A stretch of 64,000 nucleotides of DNA from an uncultured Acidimicrobiaceae bacterium (lineage in GTDB: Bacteria > Actinomycetota > Acidimicrobiia > Spongiisociales > UBA5794), in assembly GCA_964460075.1 (NCBI GenBank), contig CAYWPC010000011.1, positions 12,029 through 76,028 on the forward strand, read 5' to 3'. Below, piece after piece: positions 59,740 through 64,000 of the stretch. Within the stretch, counting starts at the first letter, position 1, and each line of letters begins with the position of its first letter. The notes beneath the pieces are model-generated. The model was not told the origin of the DNA, did no database searches, and saw only the letters and a program-made list of their open reading frames with translations. A program made the position numbers and the translations under genes.

Positions 59740-59758
59740 CACGGTGGTGCGCACCGTG
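59740..59758 (+). terminator. Short hairpin just after the UPF0182 stop
   Basis: CACGGTG-gtgcg-CACCGTG. No U-tract. May act as an attenuator ahead of arcA. Confidence 0.35.
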
Positions 59759-59787
59759 TATCGTGACCGGGTCCAGAGAGGTGAATC

Positions 59788-61008
59788 GTGAGCCTTGGCG
59801 TGTATTCAGAGGTCGGGAAGCTCAAGCGGGTCATGGTGCATCGTCCTGGGCTGGAGCACCGTCGTCTCACACCGTCGAACGCTGAGGAGCTTCTCTTCGA
59901 TGACGTCATCTGGGTTGACAAGGCCGTTGAGGAACACGATGCATTTGTCGAGGTGATGCGAGACCGCGGCATCGAAGTGGTGTACGCGCAGGACCTGTTT
60001 GCCGAGGCGCTTGAGGACGATGCATCGCGTCGCTGGGTACTCGAATCGATGCTGAACGAACGCATGATCGGTGTTGCGGCCGCGGCCCATGCTTCTGATC
60101 TGATTGCTGCGCTCACGAGTGAGGAGATAGCTGAGTTCCTCGTTGCCGGCGTTGTTGAACGTGAGATGGATCTGCCGGGCGCGAGGCTGCATTACGAGTC
60201 GACGAATCCGTCTGCGCTGATGCTGGCTCCACTTCCCAATTTCGTGTTTCAGCGTGACCCGTCGTGTTGGATATATGGCGGTGTGACGATCAATCCGATG
60301 GCTAAGCCAGCCCGTCGCTACGAGTCGATGATCATCGAGGTCATCTACCGGTTCCATCCAATGTTCACACGCGAGAGCCCCGTGACGGTGTGGTTCGGGG
60401 GAAGCAACGAAGATTGGGGAAGGGCCCACATCGAGGGTGGCGACGTCGAGGTGCTCGGCGACGGTGTCGTCATGATCGGCCTGTCGGAACGAACGTCGCC
60501 TCAGGCCGTCTCGATTCTGGCGAGAACCCTGTTCGCTTCTGGCGCAGCGACAGAGGTCATAACGGTTGCGTTGCCGAAGACCAGGTCGTTCATGCATCTC
60601 GACACGGTGATCACGCAGGTCGACCGCGACGCGGTGACTGCCTATGAGGAAGTCATCGACCAGGCACGAGTGTGGACGATCCGGCCGGGTGACTCTCCGG
60701 ACGATCCGGTCGTGGAGGAGCAACCGGAGGGGCTCATCGAGACGATGCGGCGCTCCCTCGGTCTCAGCGAGCTTCGTGTGGTCGGGACCGGTGGTGACGA
60801 ATTGGCGGCTGCACGGGAGCAGTGGGACGACGGCAACAATGTCATAGCCCTCGAGCCGGGTGTCGTTGTTGCCTATGAGCGCAACACGAATACGAACCAG
60901 CGTCTGCGGGAGGCTGGCATCGAGGTTATCGAGATTCAGGGTTTCGAGCTCGGTAAGGGCAGGGGTGGGGGGCACTGTATGACCTGTCCGATCGAGCGTG
61001 AAGCGTGA
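59788..61008 (+). CDS. arcA: Arginine deiminase
   Basis: [16 protein letters not shown]-terminus and catalytic Cys in [16 protein letters not shown] start after GAGAGGTGAA. Confidence 0.95.
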   Translation: MSLGVYSEVGKLKRVMVHRPGLEHRRLTPSNAEELLFDDVIWVDKAVEEHDAFVEVMRDRGIEVVYAQDLFAEALEDDASRRWVLESMLNERMIGVAAAAHASDLIAALTSEEIAEFLVAGVVEREMDLPGARLHYESTNPSALMLAPLPNFVFQRDPSCWIYGGVTINPMAKPARRYESMIIEVIYRFHPMFTRESPVTVWFGGSNEDWGRAHIEGGDVEVLGDGVVMIGLSERTSPQAVSILARTLFASGAATEVITVALPKTRSFMHLDTVITQVDRDAVTAYEEVIDQARVWTIRPGDSPDDPVVEEQPEGLIETMRRSLGLSELRVVGTGGDELAAAREQWDDGNNVIALEPGVVVAYERNTNTNQRLREAGIEVIEIQGFELGKGRGGGHCMTCPIEREA

Positions 61009-61027
61009 CACACAACAGGAGACGTAC

Positions 61028-62026
61028 ATGACACAGTTCACCGGTCGCAGCTTCGTGAAAGTCATCGACTACGAGCCTTCGGAGTTGAGGGAGCTGCTCA
61101 CGCTTGCAGCCGAGCTCAAGGCAGCCAAGCGCCAAGGCACCGAGGAACGCGCACTCGATGGCAAAAACATCGCACTGATCTTCGAGAAGACGTCAACACG
61201 CACCCGTGCAGCGTTCGAGGTTGCGTCCTACGACCAGGGCGCCCATGTCACGTATCTCGATCCGTCTGGCAGCCAGATGGGCCACAAGGAGTCGACCGCC
61301 GACACGGCGCGGGTCCTTGGGCGGATGTACGACGCCATCGAGTACAGGGGGAGCGACCAGGTGGCTGTCGAGATCCTGGCGGACAAGTCTGGAGTGCCGG
61401 TGTACAACGGTCTCACGAATGAGTGGCATCCAACCCAGATGCTTGCGGACTTCCTCACGATGGATGAGCACTTCGACGGTGACATGAGCGACGTCTCCTT
61501 CGCGTTTGTCGGCGATGGGCGATTCAACATGGGGCGTTCCCTGCTCGTGATGGGTGCCCTGATGGGTTGTGACGTTCGGATGGTCGGGCCGGCTTCGCTA
61601 CACCCTCCGACTGATGTCGTGGAGACGGCCCGCAGCATTGCGGAGAAGACTGGTGCCACGATCACGCTCACCGAGGACGCTGCCAAGGGTGTTGCGGGGG
61701 TGGACTTCGTGCACACAGATGTTTGGGTGTCAATGGGTGAGTCCAAGGACGTCTGGACGTCGCGTGTCGACTTGCTCAGGGGATATCAGATCAACGAGTC
61801 GATGCTTGCAGCGAGCGGCAAGGCCGAGGTGAAGTTCATGCACTGTCTCCCGGCTTTCCACGACGCAGGGACGACCGTTGGCGGGGAGATGATGGCCCAC
61901 ACCGACATGCCAGACGGGCTCGAGGTCACACACGACGTGTTCGAGTCGGATGCCAGCATCGTGTTCGATCAGGCCGAGAACCGGATGCACACGATCAAGG
62001 CGATTCTCGTTGCGACCCTGACCTAG
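61028..62026 (+). CDS. arcB: Ornithine carbamoyltransferase (catabolic type)
   Basis: STRTR carbamoyl-phosphate motif, HPTQ, HCLP. ATG at 61028. Confidence 0.9.
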   Translation: MTQFTGRSFVKVIDYEPSELRELLTLAAELKAAKRQGTEERALDGKNIALIFEKTSTRTRAAFEVASYDQGAHVTYLDPSGSQMGHKESTADTARVLGRMYDAIEYRGSDQVAVEILADKSGVPVYNGLTNEWHPTQMLADFLTMDEHFDGDMSDVSFAFVGDGRFNMGRSLLVMGALMGCDVRMVGPASLHPPTDVVETARSIAEKTGATITLTEDAAKGVAGVDFVHTDVWVSMGESKDVWTSRVDLLRGYQINESMLAASGKAEVKFMHCLPAFHDAGTTVGGEMMAHTDMPDGLEVTHDVFESDASIVFDQAENRMHTIKAILVATLT

Positions 62027-62069
62027 GCGTTACAGGGGGCCGTTACGTATACTGCGCGTTCCACAACGA

Positions 62070-62143
<74 letters not shown>

Positions 62144-62150
62144 CGAAGAG

Positions 62151-62185
62151 AACCCTTGGGATACCTACATTCCCGAGGGTTTTCT
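62151..62185 (+). terminator. Hairpin with T-rich tail after the tRNA
   Basis: AACCCTTGGGA-tacctacat-TCCCGAGGGTT (11-bp stem, one G.U pair) followed by TTCT. Confidence 0.45.
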
Positions 62186-62212
62186 CGCGTCGTGGGGTTG
62201 TCGATGTAGCCC

Positions 62213-62234
62213 TCCATACCGCGTCCATACCGCG
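62213..62234. repeat. Tandem 11-bp direct repeat TCCATACCGCG x2
   Basis: Read directly, about 70 bp downstream of the tRNA. Confidence 0.8.
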
Positions 62235-62396
62235 CGCCGACAAGTTTCGTACTGTTTCGGGATCCCGTTTCACTGCGTCCATCGAGCCTTGAAGGGGCAT
62301 TGACGACGAACCAGACGTCGATTCTTGTGGCTTCGTGCACCGTCCGATGTCAGCCATTGTTCGCGCACAGACGTGATGAGGACATGTGCGCGTGGG

Positions 62397-62831
62397 CTAC
62401 CCGACGGTCCTTGCGAGTTGTGCGAGCAGCCCATCGGGGTCGTAGATCGGCAACAGTGCTCCGCCGGTTACGACCTCTGCTGTGCCTGAGTCCACAGGGT
62501 CAGTTGCTGCCCACGATCGTTCGACGAATCCCATCTCAACCTCGAACCCTGAGGGGAGCTGCAGTCGTCGTTCGGTCAGTGCGCCCCACTCGGCATGGCG
62601 GACGACAGGGATTCGCTGTCCAACAGCCGGTTCGATCCACTCGTCGGTAGCGGCATATGTCGTCTTGTTCGTCGTGATAGCGACGATATCGATATCCGAG
62701 TCATCATGTTGGTCACCTCTTGCCCACGAGCCGACGACACCGACAGCAACGATGTCACCCTGCGATGTCGCCCATTCCGACACACTGGCCACAACGTTTC
62801 GATACTCAGAGGTGCGGGCGTCAGTGACCAT
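62397..62831 (-). CDS. Nucleotidyltransferase-domain protein (pol-beta / MNT-like fold)
   Basis: GSWARGDQHDDSDIDIV is the G-S-x(9-13)-D-x-D NTase signature. Start at ATG 62831; an in-frame extension to 62936 is possible. Confidence 0.6.
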   Translation of the reverse strand: MVTDARTSEYRNVVASVSEWATSQGDIVAVGVVGSWARGDQHDDSDIDIVAITTNKTTYAATDEWIEPAVGQRIPVVRHAEWGALTERRLQLPSGFEVEMGFVERSWAATDPVDSGTAEVVTGGALLPIYDPDGLLAQLARTVG

Positions 62832-63050
62832 CGACCCACAATCGACCGGCCCGACCGGGAGCACGCTCGGTGCCCATCCCGAATCTGTGTGTCCGAACAA
62901 GGAAGTCCTCGGACGTGTAGATGAATCGACGGTCACTGGAAGTCACGGGAGCAGTTTGGCAAGCCTCCGAAGCTAACCCACAGCCGGCTTCAGGATGAGC
63001 CAGGTATAGGTCACCAATGGTGTGAGAGATCGTCGGTTGTCGGCGGTGTT

Positions 63051-63641
63051 CTACAGCTTGCGGCAAACCAGTTCACCTTTGCCGATAGGTACCACCAAGG
63101 AATCGACTCGTGGATCGTCGAGTGCACAGTCGATCATCGGCTGCAGGGTCTCACGGTGGTTAATGGCGTTGTCCGCCACGAGCAACCCGCCTCGAACAAG
63201 CTTCGGCACGACCGCTTCGTAGCAGTCGGCGTACACCTCCTTTTCGGCATCAAGGAAGCAGAACGCGATGTCGCCCACGTCTTCGAGGTGTTCGAGGGCA
63301 TCCGCCTCAACGAGTTCGACGAGGTGCTCAACTCCAGCAGCTCGAAAGGTCTTACGGGCGAGGTTTGCCTTTTCTGGGAGAACCTCGAAGGTCGTGAGCG
63401 TCCGGTCTGCGGCCTGGCACGCAAGGGTGAGCCACAGGGCCGAATACCCGGCACTCGTGCCCACCTCAATCATTGCACCTGCCGGAGCAGCCGCTGCCAG
63501 GATGGAGATGAACCGTCCCGTCTCAGGTGGTATCTGCCGGAGGCGTTCCATCCGGGGTGTGCCGTCGGCACGGTCGGCAATATCGATCCGCTCCAAGACA
63601 CGAATTCGGTCCTGGACCCTGTCGGGAATGTCGTGGAACAT
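63051..63641 (-). CDS. Class I SAM-dependent O-methyltransferase (family 3, caffeoyl-CoA OMT-like)
   Basis: [17 protein letters not shown] motif [12 protein letters not shown] and [12 protein letters not shown]. Confidence 0.8.
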   Translation of the reverse strand: MFHDIPDRVQDRIRVLERIDIADRADGTPRMERLRQIPPETGRFISILAAAAPAGAMIEVGTSAGYSALWLTLACQAADRTLTTFEVLPEKANLARKTFRAAGVEHLVELVEADALEHLEDVGDIAFCFLDAEKEVYADCYEAVVPKLVRGGLLVADNAINHRETLQPMIDCALDDPRVDSLVVPIGKGELVCRKL

Positions 63642-63688
63642 GATCGCCTCCCAATGCTTTGAGTGCAGCCGACGATAGGCGGTTCACA

Positions 63689-63697
63689 CCCCCCCCC
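63689..63697. repeat. C9 homopolymer in the divergent intergenic region
   Basis: ACACCCCCCCCCGAC, read directly. Confidence 0.9.
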
Positions 63698-63792
63698 GAC
63701 ACCGTACATATCGCCGGCACGGGCGGATCAGTCTTCGGGTCTGCGAGCGGCTCTACCGAACCCGGGAGGTTCGTCCCGTGTACGATCGACGC

Positions 63793-64000
63793 ATGGGACC
63801 TCTTTGGGAACGAATGAATGAGCAACCTCGGCTGGCCACCACGATGCTGGCTGCCTCCGTTGTGCCCAAGTCCGTTGGTGTGTACGCCTGGTATCGGGAC
63901 GGGGAGCCGATCTATGCCGGTCGAGCGCTTGGAGCCAAGGGTCTTCAGCAACGGGTGTGGAGCAAGCACATGGCTACCGGACCCGACTTGTCGAGATCCT
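63793..64000 (+). CDS. GIY-YIG nuclease-like protein, 3'-partial at the window edge
   Basis: Translation MGPLWERMNEQ...KSVGVYAWYRDGEPIYAGRALGAKGLQQRVWSKH fits the GIY-x9-YxG plus Arg / His pattern. The ORF runs off the window. Confidence 0.35.
   Translation, partial: MGPLWERMNEQPRLATTMLAASVVPKSVGVYAWYRDGEPIYAGRALGAKGLQQRVWSKHMATGPDLSRS

Noticed and set aside
62482-62976. 164-aa plus-strand ORF overlapping the nucleotidyltransferase gene, considered as a possible HEPN/antitoxin partner
   Set aside because: It is fully antisense to the NTase ORF, Ser/Pro-rich with no recognisable motifs, and has no RBS.

Overview
This is a high-GC (roughly 60-65%) actinobacterial chromosomal segment. Almost every long ORF has an antisense shadow ORF, which is typical of such genomes. 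I can support about 60 protein-coding genes, one initiator tRNA-Met, several intrinsic-terminator-like hairpins, one promoter candidate and a PHO-box-like repeat array. I see no CRISPR array, transposase, integrase or phage genes.

The content is mostly core metabolism and envelope homeostasis:
- A pcrA / B12-binding domain / sucC / sucD / lipoprotein / purN / purH / folD / icd / mdh block. As recalled, this order resembles the mycobacterial uvrD1-sucCD-purNH neighbourhood.
- hup, an SCP2 protein, a VIT-family protein and a double-DUF427 protein.
- sdhC-sdhA-sdhB.
- whiB followed by a membrane-anchored protein with a restriction-endonuclease-like C-terminus.
- tatA, then sigE-rseA plus an RseB/MucB-like gene.
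- An acyl-CoA dehydrogenase.
- A phosphate module, pstSCAB-phoU-nptA-phoU, divergent from senX3-regX3, with GTTCACC-type direct repeats in the shared intergenic region.
- An AhpE-like peroxiredoxin, HtrA/PepD, MoaE and a thiolase.
- A PaaN-like aldehyde dehydrogenase, an acyl-CoA ligase and a Liv-type ABC transporter.
- ctaA, a PaaI-like thioesterase, two secreted proteins, bioY and a sortase.
- A PDZ/Lon-like protease, a DivIVA-domain protein and a UPF0182 membrane protein.
- arcA and arcB.
- Initiator tRNA-Met followed by a small nucleotidyltransferase / O-methyltransferase / GIY-YIG-like cluster.

The most unusual sequence-level observations are these:
- A perfect 2 x 271 bp tandem duplication that frameshifts a lipoprotein gene upstream of purN.
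- A perfect 24-bp palindrome that encodes the C-terminus and stop codon of a gene and probably acts as a terminator.
- An RseB-like gene in a Gram-positive-type sigE operon.
- The tRNA-adjacent nucleotidyltransferase cluster, with a C9 homopolymer in its divergent promoter.

I could not identify a convincing, self-contained novel defence or other multi-gene system. The candidates are flagged below with their uncertainty.
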